From NCBI GenBank assembly GCA_963823665.1, contig CAWGMQ010000004.1:608001-672000 (forward strand): a stretch of 64,000 bases of DNA, in the 5' to 3' direction. The translations under genes and the position numbers were made by a program. Within the stretch, counting starts at the first letter, position 1, and every line of letters starts with the position of its first letter. Shown one piece after another: positions 17,960 to 28,008 of the stretch. Source of the stretch: an uncultured Planctomycetota bacterium (lineage in GTDB: Bacteria > Planctomycetota > Planctomycetia > Isosphaerales > Isosphaeraceae). A model generated the notes under the pieces. It saw nothing but the letters and a program-made list of their open reading frames with translations. It did no database searches and was not told where the DNA came from.

Positions 17960-20900
17960 TTGAATTGTGTGGAGTTTGGCAAGTCTCTGAAGCAACTACT
18001 CGACGGGAGTGATCTTGAGGCGCCGGTCCGCGCCTTGGCTGATCGAGTCGGGTTGATCCTTGCCGACAACAAGCTGCCCTTCTTTCCCGACTACACGGAC
18101 CACGGGATCGACCACATCAATTCCTTGTTGAAGACCGAACTCGAGCTCGTCCCCAAGGGCGTTTGGGAGCAGAGCACCCGAGAATCCGACCCCAGGCTGC
18201 TCTGCGCCGAAGACGCGGCGGTGATCATCGGGTCGGCACTGTTGCACGATATTGGCATGCACTTGCGGCCAGCCGGATTCCTTGAGCTGATCAGCAAGGA
18301 TTCGCGATTTCGCCCGCTCCCCTGGTTCAAACAAAGCCATGAAGGGCACGCGGCAGACCGAGCCTGGCACGAGCTCTGGGAGGATTTTCGACGCGAGGCC
18401 CGGCAATTCAATGATCGGGATCTGACGAACATCATCGGGAAGGAGTCAGCGCAGGCTTGGAAGTTTCACGACCTGCCGGATAACACCGGGCAGTGGGAGC
18501 GAAACCACCATCTCATCGTCGGCGAGTTCATCCGGCGGCATCACGCGCGGCTGGCTCATGAGGTGGCGATCTACGGTTTTCCCGGTCTGCCCGTTGCCGC
18601 CGGCGAGAAAGGGTTTCCGGCGATGGGTACCGAAGATGGGCACGCGCTCTGGCAACTCGCGGATCTGATCGGGCTTGCGGCAAGGTCGCATGGGACATCA
18701 CTGCGCGTATGCAAGGCATACCTCGACGGCAGCCCGCTCTGTGCCGGAACTCCTCGCCCCATGGGGAGCGCCGTGCTCTACGCGATGGCGCTCCTGGCGG
18801 TAGCCGACTATCTGCAGATCGACCGCCAGCGCGCACCGGCGGTCCTGCTCCAACTTCGCAACCCGCAGAGCCCGATCTCAGTGCAGGAATGGAGCAAACA
18901 CGATGCGGTTGTGAACATCGGGCCTGCTAACGATCCGCGTGCCAAGGCGGTCACCGTGAGCACGTTCGTAACGCTTCCGATCTATTTGCAGCTTCGCGAC
19001 CTGCTAGCCGGGCTCCAGCAAGAGATGGACCATTCAACGGCCGTGCTGGATGAGGTGTACGGAACGCAGACGGAGCTGGGATTGGACAAGCTCAGCCTGG
19101 CCACTCGGCGGGTCTACTCGAACCTGGAAAGGCCGGCCTTCCGTGACGGCCTTCCCTACGTTCCGGAGCGAACCGGATTCAGCGCCGACCCACACCTGTT
19201 GACCATCCTGGTCGAGCCGCTCTACGGAGACCAGCCGAGTGTCGGGGTTCGCGAGCTGATTCAGAATGCCGCCGACGCGGTCCGTGAGCTGGAGGCCTGG
19301 TGTGCGCGTTGCGCCATTCGGCCTGAGACGCTCGAGTTGCCGAAGCAAGATGGCGATGTGGCGGTCGATTTCATGCGCCGGGAGAACGGCACCTGGTTCC
19401 TGCGGGTGCGAGACCGGGGAATCGGCATGCGGAGCGAGACGATTCAGCACCATTTTCTGCGGGCGGGTGCCTCGTTCCGGCGCAGTCCTGAGTGGGCGAA
19501 GGAGTTCTTGGGCGAAGCTGGCAAGGCAAGCGTGGCCCGCGCGGGAAGATTCGGAATTGGCGCGTTCGCGGCCTTCTTGCTCGGGCCATCGTTCCGCGTC
19601 TGGACGCGGCACGCCGGTGCAGACAGCTCGATGGGCTACACCTTCGAAGTTTCGGTGAGCAGCCAACTCATCGATATTCATCGGGCGCCGGATCTGCCAA
19701 TTGGGACGACCGTCGAGATCGAGCTCAGCACTGGGGTGATGGAGGTTCTCCCCCTCTATCAAATCGCTGCTGGCTTTCCGCTCGACTCACACCGCCCCTT
19801 GATGAGGATCGATTGGTATTGCTGGGACTGGCCCAGGATTGTCACACGTGTGCACAACGGGCCGAGCTTCGAGGAACTCGAGCAAGAATACCGTTGTCCG
19901 GTCCAAAAAACGGAATTACCGGCGGAGTGGTGTGTCATTCATCCTGAGGGGTTCGACGCGGTGTACTGGACGTTTGGCGATGCGCCGCCGCTGTCGTGCA
20001 ACGGCTTGATTGTCAGCGATTCACACAAGCATTCTCTCGATCGCGCATCGTTCGCATGGCCTTTAGGCAAACTGCTTGCGGCCCCCTGCATTGCGGTTGT
20101 CGATAGTGCGGGCAATCTCCCTCTGACGGTGCAAAGATATGCGCTGTCCCAGCGCCGGCTTCCCTTTGTCGACGAGCTCGCCACGGACGTCATCCAGTCG
20201 TATATTGCGCACTCGCTCGTTTGTGGGCCACGCTCGGCTTCTGACGCACATCATTTTCGTCTTCGCTTTCCGTTGCAATCTCAAGCTCTTGACGCTCGTA
20301 GTTCATCTGATTGGCAGCTCTACGACCAGTCGCCATTCGACGAGCTCCTGCTGCGCTGGTGCACGACGATGACCGAAGTGGTTCCCGCGGACCCGTGGCT
20401 GTATTCGCTCCTCGACGTCGAATCGTGTGTGATTTATGGCGGGCTAGACGGCGACGAACACTATTCATTTGATTCGTTGAATTGCAATGAGCGATCCTTG
20501 CGGCTGATCGACTCGCCTCGGAACTGCGTGATGGCTTTCCACGGAGTCGTGAGCGACTTTCCCTACGTTGGCGAAGGTTCAGGAAATTCAAGCGCGCAGG
20601 AGGTCGTGGAATCACTCGCGGCCCATGGTCTCGAGGCTGTCGGGCAAGAAGTCGCAGGCGCTCGCGTAGTCGTGTCATCGGCAGTTCAGTTCCGCCGCGA
20701 GGCGCGCTTTCCTCACCCGGAGTCGATTGACCCGCAGCAAACGGAAAACTGGCACCCCGTGCGAGTAGGACGCCAGGCGAAAACACGGAAGGCAATCACT
20801 GCACGCAACCCCGCTCGATGGCGCTACAGCCTGAACTGCGGAAATCTGAAATCGAGCATGGCCCTGGAGCCCTTCCTCCACATGCTCGAATCGCTCCAGC

Positions 20901-21175
20901 CGAAAACGAAGTCAATTCGTGCGCGGGGATCGGTGCAACGCCCACCGGAACTTATTTTCGTTGCCGAAATCCGAACGACGCGTGTGAAACGCAACCCAGA
21001 ATCACTCATCGCCAGAGTGTGGAACGAATGTCTAGGGCCGAGAGCCATTCCATTCGACCCTGCGCCACGAGCGGCGCTCATCCGCGAAGGGTGTAAACAT
21101 CCGAAATTGAAGCGGCATATCGAGGCCTGGCAGGAAATGAAGCGCGCCGGGTCGAAGTGGGTGCGCACCGAGTGA
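17960..21175 (+). CDS. HD-domain (HD-CE type) + HSP90-like GHKL ATPase
   Basis: YTDHGIDH, LLHDIGM, RRHHA, SHG, ADYL; then LYG...RELIQNAADA, DRGIGM, GRFGIG, GTTVEI. Confidence 0.85.
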   Translation: MNCVEFGKSLKQLLDGSDLEAPVRALADRVGLILADNKLPFFPDYTDHGIDHINSLLKTELELVPKGVWEQSTRESDPRLLCAEDAAVIIGSALLHDIGMHLRPAGFLELISKDSRFRPLPWFKQSHEGHAADRAWHELWEDFRREARQFNDRDLTNIIGKESAQAWKFHDLPDNTGQWERNHHLIVGEFIRRHHARLAHEVAIYGFPGLPVAAGEKGFPAMGTEDGHALWQLADLIGLAARSHGTSLRVCKAYLDGSPLCAGTPRPMGSAVLYAMALLAVADYLQIDRQRAPAVLLQLRNPQSPISVQEWSKHDAVVNIGPANDPRAKAVTVSTFVTLPIYLQLRDLLAGLQQEMDHSTAVLDEVYGTQTELGLDKLSLATRRVYSNLERPAFRDGLPYVPERTGFSADPHLLTILVEPLYGDQPSVGVRELIQNAADAVRELEAWCARCAIRPETLELPKQDGDVAVDFMRRENGTWFLRVRDRGIGMRSETIQHHFLRAGASFRRSPEWAKEFLGEAGKASVARAGRFGIGAFAAFLLGPSFRVWTRHAGADSSMGYTFEVSVSSQLIDIHRAPDLPIGTTVEIELSTGVMEVLPLYQIAAGFPLDSHRPLMRIDWYCWDWPRIVTRVHNGPSFEELEQEYRCPVQKTELPAEWCVIHPEGFDAVYWTFGDAPPLSCNGLIVSDSHKHSLDRASFAWPLGKLLAAPCIAVVDSAGNLPLTVQRYALSQRRLPFVDELATDVIQSYIAHSLVCGPRSASDAHHFRLRFPLQSQALDARSSSDWQLYDQSPFDELLLRWCTTMTEVVPADPWLYSLLDVESCVIYGGLDGDEHYSFDSLNCNERSLRLIDSPRNCVMAFHGVVSDFPYVGEGSGNSSAQEVVESLAAHGLEAVGQEVAGARVVVSSAVQFRREARFPHPESIDPQQTENWHPVRVGRQAKTRKAITARNPARWRYSLNCGNLKSSMALEPFLHMLESLQPKTKSIRARGSVQRPPELIFVAEIRTTRVKRNPESLIARVWNECLGPRAIPFDPAPRAALIREGCKHPKLKRHIEAWQEMKRAGSKWVRTE

Positions 21176-21502
21176 CGGTCGCAGTGTTCCACGGGAGAAC
21201 AGCGTCGCTCCTCCGCGATACGTCGCTGCCTCAAAAAAGGCCGGGGTTACATCGTGAAACGCGTCCCTCTCACGGGCACGTCAGGAACCGGAAAATCCAC
21301 GCTGATTGGCGAGCTCCCCAGGCTCGGATACGCGGACGATCGGTGACGGCTTTGAAGGATCTCATCGAGATCGTCCGTCATCATTTCCTGCTTCGCAGAT
21401 CCGAATCACCGAGTCGACAGTCTGCGACTTCAGGTCCCGCTCGAGCTGGCTGTCGAATGGACATGGTCGACGCGGCGATCCATGGCTCCGATCCGACCGT
21501 GT

Positions 21503-22043
21503 TTACCGCGCGTGAAACCCGAGCGCCGCGGGCAGTTCCGCGGTGATGCCGAACACGAACTTCTGGCCGGGATGGAATGGGGCTTCCAGCTCGAAATTTT
21601 CGAACGCCACGCCCCTCGGAATGGCCGCCTTCGAAGCCCAGTAGGTCTTGCGGGCATTGACCCGCGCAACCAAATTGGGTAGGGCCAGCGCCCGCCAGTA
21701 CTGGGGTCGCAGACTTGCCTTGATAGTGCCAGTGCGGTTGGACGTCGCCGCCGTAGGCGGCATGCACGGGGCCGGGCTCGTCGGGCCGGGCGGCGACGAC
21801 GGCCTCGCCGTCGACCACAAGCAAGGCGCCGATGTCCCACTGCTGGTGGTCGGCAAAGCCGTCCGGGCGGAACCGGGCCGATCCGAAGAGCCCATGCGCT
21901 TCCACAAGGAAGGGGCCGTCCGCCACGGGCCCGGCGAGCGTCCGAGGCGGGTCGTCCGCATCTCCCCCCCCCGCGACCGAATTGGATAAGGCCACAAGCG
22001 CTACGACGACGATGGTGGAGATGTGCCAGCCCTTGCAATTCAT
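21503..22043 (-). CDS. Secreted hypothetical protein, frameshifted near 21705
   Basis: Signal peptide; HWHYQGKSAT continues as QYWR...VNARKTYWAS...FENFEL...FVFGIT in the next frame if one base of the G4 run (21703-21706) is removed. Confidence 0.6.
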
Positions 22044-22421
22044 GACAACCTCCCGCCCGGATTCGTAACGGCATCGTCGGCAGCCGCGGCGCACATACTG
22101 AGCGAAACGCACATCATGCAAACCGATAACCGAGTGTGCATGTCAGTGCGTTTGTGCAGGTGCTCTTGAGAACCGGCCGAGCGGGGCCATTTTACGGCGA
22201 GGCGAATCGACTCCTCAAGTTCCCAGCGACTTGCGATTCCCATGCATTGAGGCGCGGCTGATAGCCCACAGCCGTGCGTCCTTCCAATGAGTTTTATTTT
22301 CTTACAAAAAGTTACACCCAAAATCGCCCCACCGGTATCGAAACTGCTCGTTTGTTTGAGATTGGAGACCTTCTTCCGCGAAAACACCAATCCGGCATCT
22401 TCAACCCGTCGAGGTGGGTAC

Positions 22422-23622
22422 ATGAGCACCTTGAACCGCATCTACTCGGGACGCTTCGGGATTGAGTCACGAAATCTGTCGCGGCGTGCACACCGCGTTG
22501 ACTTTCACGCCGATCCACTGGAGTCTCGCAAGCTCTTGTCCGGCGGCCAGGCCGCAAGTGCGGCGAGCGCAAACCTCAGTCCGGCCACCGAAGCCGACAT
22601 CGCCACCGCGCCGACAATCTCGGGCGCTCTATCCGGGAGCGCCATATCAACGCCCCCGCCTGTGAACACGGCCGCGCCCGTGGTGAGCACAACCACGGGA
22701 ATTCCCAGCTTGCCGACTGACAACAGCTCGACCACCAATATTCCCGGCGTCAGTCCGATGGTCCCGGCGCCTCTCGACACCGCAACCGACGATAGCGCGA
22801 GCGTGCTCACCAGCCCCTCGTCGGCAATCACCGCGCTCATTCCGAATCCGAATACGTTGAGCTTCACCGGTTTCACCGGGGCGCCGGTGTACATTGTTCC
22901 CATGGCCGACTCGTCAATCAGCGAGCTCTCCATCGAGACACCGGAGCAGCAAGCAACAAACGCGCCGGTGACGCCGCGAATGAGCCTCTCGCCCGTGATC
23001 CCAAATCCAATCAATGCACCCGTGAGCTTCCAGACAAACAGCTCGGCGGTGGCCGCTCAAAATAATCAACCGGCGACCGTCAACCCGACCCAACACATCG
23101 GACAGAGCCGGGAAACAGAGCTTCAGAAACCGGTCAAGCCACAACTCGGCCCGCAGCCCGATGAACCCATGCCAGGAATCGATGTCGTCGTGCCTCCGCA
23201 GGCTCCCAAGCCAGCAGACGTAGGCTCCGGAAAGACCAACCAGCCCGAGGCGGAGCACCCGAAAACAGAGCAACCCAAGATCGAGCAACCCAAAACCGAC
23301 CATCCGACTGACGGGATGAAAAGGCCTCAGGCCCCCCCCGTGCAGGACACACAGCCGATGTGGTGGTTGCCGGCGGTTCCTCTGCCCGTCTCCATTCCTC
23401 CAGTGGCAGAACACCAAGTCGAGCCAGATGCGCCCGGCGCACGTGTCGCCCTCATCCTCCCGAAATCATCGGATGGGGAGGTGATCCCAGCGCTCTTCGG
23501 CGCAGTCGGCGTCACCGGCGGCGTGCACCTTGCGATGGCCGAATCACGCCGATTCGGCGTGCACTGGCTCCCGAGCCGGGTCGCGTCCAGCCGATCAGCA
23601 CGACCGCGGGTAGGGGGGGTAG
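22422..23622 (+). CDS. Ser/Thr/Pro-rich surface protein with planctomycete LExRxLL N-terminal motif
   Basis: PLESRKLLSG; low-complexity body with (E/D)(H/Q)PK repeats; C-terminal hydrophobic segment and Arg tail. The true stop is probably TAG near 23620 (G7 run), since the annotated end 23870 overlaps the xylanase. Confidence 0.65.
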
Positions 23623-23683
23623 GTCCCAGAACAGGCCGATCCGCGAGCACGATCGCGAAGTCCGTCTTGTCGCGATCGCCCGT

Positions 23684-24820
23684 TCAGCGCACCCCCATCA
23701 CCGCCTCAAACGCAGGCTTCGCAGCGCCTTCACGATCGAACAACAGGGGATACTCCTTGTGCCGCCACGGAAACGCGTTCAACCAGCTCCGGCCATCGTG
23801 CAGGTCCCAGAAGGTCACACGCCCGATCGACTCTGACCGTTTGCGGAACAGTCGGAACAGCTCGGCGTAATCACGCGCCTGCCGCTCGAGCAATTCGGGC
23901 GGGCAGCCTGCCGCCAGCGGGTCGGTCTTGGCAACCTCATCGCGATGCGCGCCACCATCAGCCCACCAGACCCCCCGCGGCACGACGCCCAGGTCCAGCT
24001 CGGAGACCATCACCTTCAGCCCTCGCTCCTTCATCGAGTCAAGCAGGGCTTCAATGTCGTTGAATGGAACTCGGTCGACCTCCCAGTGGCCCTGGATTCC
24101 AACCGCCCCCAGCGGAGCGCCTTGATCCCGCAGCTCGCGCACCAGTCGCAGCAGCTTCTCGCGCTTGCGGGGCAGCTCGACGTTGTAATCGTTGTAGACG
24201 AGCAGTGCGTCGGGGTCGGCCTCGTGGGCCCACGCGAATGCTTTGGCCACGAACTCGGGACCGCACAGGCTCAACCAGCGCGAAGGGCGGAGGTATGGCT
24301 CGCCGTCGTCGAGGACCTCGTTGACCACGTCCCACGCGGCGATCTTGCCGCGATACCGCGAGACAACCTTGCGAATATGAGTCCGCATGCGCTCGAGCAC
24401 ACGCTCGCGCGACGCCGGCTTGTCGCCGTCGAGGAACACCCACGGAGGCGTCCGCTCGTCCTTGGCCCAGACCAGCGTGTGACCGACAACCGAGAGCCGG
24501 TTCTGCACCGCAAAGGCGACGAGTGCATCGGCCTGCTCAAAGTGGAATTCGCCTTCTCTCGGCTGGATCTCGGTCATCTTCATGCAGTTCTCGGGGGTGA
24601 CGCTGCCGAACTGCTTGAGGATCAACGTCCGCTCGGCCGGAGCGTAATCGTCCGGCACCCGTCCGCCGAGTGCCACGCCGACGGCGAACTCAGGGCCGAA
24701 CTTCGCCTGCAACGAGGCAGAAGCGGCGTCCGGCTTGTCGTCGCTCGCGACGCCCGGTCCACCGGCCAGAAACGTGAGCGAAAGGGGTAGCAAGTATTTC
24801 ACGATGATCTTCATGAGCAA
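23684..24820 (-). CDS. GH10 endo-1,4-beta-xylanase
   Basis: TPENCMK, GHTLVW, WDVVNE, YNDYN, GIQGH, SELD, SWLN, YPLLFD. Confidence 0.95.
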   Translation of the reverse strand: MLMKIIVKYLLPLSLTFLAGGPGVASDDKPDAASASLQAKFGPEFAVGVALGGRVPDDYAPAERTLILKQFGSVTPENCMKMTEIQPREGEFHFEQADALVAFAVQNRLSVVGHTLVWAKDERTPPWVFLDGDKPASRERVLERMRTHIRKVVSRYRGKIAAWDVVNEVLDDGEPYLRPSRWLSLCGPEFVAKAFAWAHEADPDALLVYNDYNVELPRKREKLLRLVRELRDQGAPLGAVGIQGHWEVDRVPFNDIEALLDSMKERGLKVMVSELDLGVVPRGVWWADGGAHRDEVAKTDPLAAGCPPELLERQARDYAELFRLFRKRSESIGRVTFWDLHDGRSWLNAFPWRHKEYPLLFDREGAAKPAFEAVMGVR

Positions 24821-25020
24821 CTCTCAATCAGGTCGCGGTCAAACCGTCTAAGAGTCCTGGCCATCATACCTGAGTCGCGCAACGGCAGCTTCTGGCGTCC
24901 GAATCGTTTTTGTTAAAGCCAATCAAAGGATTGCAAGTTTCCCTAAAACGGCCGAAATAGGTAAACTCCAGTAATCAACGCGACACCCACACCGAGCCAT
25001 CATTGAACCAAAGAGGGAAC

Positions 25021-25236
25021 ATGCCCGACACAATAGCACTTTCTGAAGTCGCGCTTAGCTTGCTCAGCCGTCGGCTGTCGGGAGAGCACGTCCCGGTCAC
25101 TGACGAAACGCGACCTGCTTATCGCGAGCTCGTCGACGCTGGACTCGCAATTCCGCTCCATTCCTTTGCGCGGGGCGATGAGGGGGCGTACCGATTGACG
25201 GAATTGGCGTACTCTCCATCCCGAAAGCAGAATTAA
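25021..25236 (+). CDS. Small winged-helix-like protein (module copy 1)
   Basis: GAGG RBS; LSEVALSLL...AYRELVDAG...FARG...YRLT; homologous to 50008..50240. Confidence 0.7.
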   Translation: MPDTIALSEVALSLLSRRLSGEHVPVTDETRPAYRELVDAGLAIPLHSFARGDEGAYRLTELAYSPSRKQN

Positions 25237-25396
25237 TGGAACGCCGTGGCCAGGGTGCTTGTGAACGGTCGCCATGGTTTGCGGTCGGCTGCACGTAAAG
25301 GGAGTGCCCGCAACCCGCGGGCCTCCGTGAGCTGACCCACTGGCCGACCGCCACGAGCAACATGCTCGAAGCGGCTCCTGAGCCTCGGCCCACTGC

Positions 25397-25855
25397 CTAT
25401 TCGCCTTTCTTCCACCCGCGCTCCATCTGCTTCAGAAGCTCCCTTGCAGCGTGACTGATCGGCAACGCAGTGCTCGGCGCCGCCTTCAATGCGCCTTCGT
25501 GATCTCCGACCTCGAACTCGGTGAGCTCATGCGCGATGATTGCCTGCGCTCGGTCCCGGAGCCGCGTGCGTTTCCACGTCATCTGCGTTTCCTCGTCGTA
25601 CGCGGCCAGTAGCTCCGGGTTCATGAGTCCAGAATCGAGCGTAATCCGCCCGCTGAACGTGACCGTGCCTCCTTCCCGGTCACCTGGGTGAAAGCTGTGC
25701 TGCGCGCCAAGGCGAGCCGGGTCACCCGCGCCCATCTTGTCCGAAGGGATGCCGAGGTCCATCATCGTCTGCCCGGCCACAATGTCCAGGTCTTCTACAT
25801 ATCGCCAGGCGAATTCCTCAGCGTGGTCCGCCGGGTCCTCAGGTGGTTTGTCCAT
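25397..25855 (-). CDS. Hypothetical HExxE-motif (zincin-like) protein (module copy 1)
   Basis: MDLGIP, DSGLMNPELL, RLRDRAQAIIAHELTE, H..ALKAA..TALPIS; homologous to 50341..50820. Confidence 0.75.
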   Translation of the reverse strand: MDKPPEDPADHAEEFAWRYVEDLDIVAGQTMMDLGIPSDKMGAGDPARLGAQHSFHPGDREGGTVTFSGRITLDSGLMNPELLAAYDEETQMTWKRTRLRDRAQAIIAHELTEFEVGDHEGALKAAPSTALPISHAARELLKQMERGWKKGE

Positions 25856-26255
25856 ACTTCCAGATTACATGGCCAGGGACAACGGGACATACCATATATC
25901 GCTCGGATTGCGGAATGGAATTCCCGCTATGGTTTCGCCGCTACGGGTGCCGTCGTTCGGAACTCTGGATCCGTGCGCACCAAACTTCAGCTTCTCTCAA
26001 TCAAGAACTTTAACGCCCTTGATCACCATCGCCACACGGCGGGTTTCACCGATGTTGCGATCGGGGCGAACGGCGACGAGCAGGATGGAAGCCAGTGAGC
26101 GTGGCACGAGTGGCGCCCCGACCGTTGCTCGTCCGGCGTGTTGTGAGACCCGCCACGACGCGACTATAATCGCCTTCCAATCGCACGGATACATCAGCAG
26201 TGTTCCTCGCACACGTTCGAACGCACAAGTCTTCCATCCCGGTGGAGGGATCGAG

Positions 26256-27964
26256 ATGAGTAAGCACACGTTTTCGTACGCGCACTTTCGTCTCGCAATA
26301 GCCGTCCTGGCATCGATGCTCCCGGCATCAATCGATGCAAATGCAGCCGATACACCCCCCGCGAAGAAGAGTGCAAGAACCGCCTGGCCCGAAGCCTCGG
26401 CTCGGTTCGACTTCGTGATGGACGCGCAAACCCTATCCATCAAGCCGTCTACGGTACCCTCCGGCGACAAGGCCGCCAGTGATGGGCCGAGGTGCATCCT
26501 GGTCGTCCCCAAAAGGGCCTTGCCCGGAAACCCCTGGTCCTGGCGAGACCTTCACCGGAATCACGAGCCCACGGCCGAAGCCGATCTGCTCGCGAGGGGG
26601 TTCCATCTGGCTTACATCACACCCGGTCCGCTCCCGCAGCGCGATGCCTGGCACGCCTTCCTGACCGGGAAGTATCGATTGGCCCGCAAGCCGGTCTTTG
26701 CCAGCATGAGCGCCGCCGGAGAACTTCGGGCCGGGACCGCCAAGGTCAACATCACTCCCGACGACGCCAGGAAGCCCGTCCACGACAAGGTCTACGCCCG
26801 CAGCCTGCTGCTTGATGTCGACGGCGAGCGCCTCGCCATTGTCTCTGTCGACCTGGGAATCTACACGAGTGAGCAGCTTGTGGCGATTTGCAAGGAGAGG
26901 TTCGGCATCTCGCACCTCGTGCTCTGCTCCTCCCACACGCATTCAGACCCGGGCCGCAGCTTTGCGGCCTTCTACGAGAAGCAGATCATTCAGGCCGTGG
27001 AAACCGCGGCGAGCAACATGTTCCCGGCGAAGATCTCCGCCGGGCACAGGAGCTTTCCCCAGCTCGGCTTCAACCGACTGGTCGTGCGCGAGGACGGCCA
27101 CACCCGCGAATCGTGGTTCGGTGACGACCATTATACGTCCGAGAATCCCGAGCGCATCCCGTTCGGTCCGGTCGATCCCGAAGTCGGGGTCATCAAGATC
27201 GAGGATATGAGCGGCCGGCCCCGCGCCATCGTGATGAATTACGCCTGCCATGCCGACGTGGTCTGTCAAAACTACGCCATCTCGGCCGATTTCCCCGGAG
27301 CCGCCACCCGCAAGGTGGAAGAAGCGTTCGGCAACGATCTGAACTGCCTCTTCGTCCAGGGCGCCGCGGGCAACATCGAGTCGCTGATCATCAGCTCGCG
27401 CAGAACCGGGCCCGACGACCCATTCCCGACCGATTACAGCACCATCGAGCGTGTGGGCGGGTTGCTCGCCTACGAGACCGTCAAGCTCGCCCGGACGCTC
27501 AGCCCGCCGCGCGCAAAGAAACAACGATCCGATTCATGAACGACTCCCTCAAGTTCACCGGCCGCTTCGATAAGAGTGCGGCATTCGATGTTCACATTTC
27601 CACGATCATGATCAACGACGATATCGTGATCGCCACATTCCCTGGCGAGCCTTTCATCGATCTTCAGTTGGATTGGAAGAAGAAGGTGCAGGTGGATGTG
27701 CCGCACGCATTCTTGTTCGGGTACACATGGCATCAGGGCACATGGCCGAATTATGTGCCCGACATCAAGTCGGCGGCGCGGGGCGGCTACGGGGCCGACC
27801 AGTCGAACCCCAAGATGATCGAGGTCGGCTCCGGAGAAGCCGTGATCAACAAGCACCTGGAAAACATGTACCGCTTGACCGGGCTCATGCGCGAGGAGCC
27901 AGGCCCTGTCGGCTTCAAGCCCGGCCCGCGCTGGCAAGTCACCCCGGTGCCGCGCGAAAAATAA
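26256..27964 (+). CDS. Neutral/alkaline ceramidase-like protein with N-terminal hydrolase fragment; frameshift near 27510
   Basis: LRAGTAKVNITP, HD.VYARSL, SHTHS, NRL, PVDPEV, NYACH, ISADFPG, QGAAGN; PGEPF and YVP follow in the next frame. Confidence 0.85.
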
Positions 27965-28008
27965 GTCCGATCCCGGAAGAAGCGGACATAAATGGGGACA
28001 GACCTGAT

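Noticed and set aside
24891..24918. dif-like Xer site before module copy 1
   Set aside because: Only a TTTTGTTAAAG half resembles the XerD arm; the XerC arm does not fit
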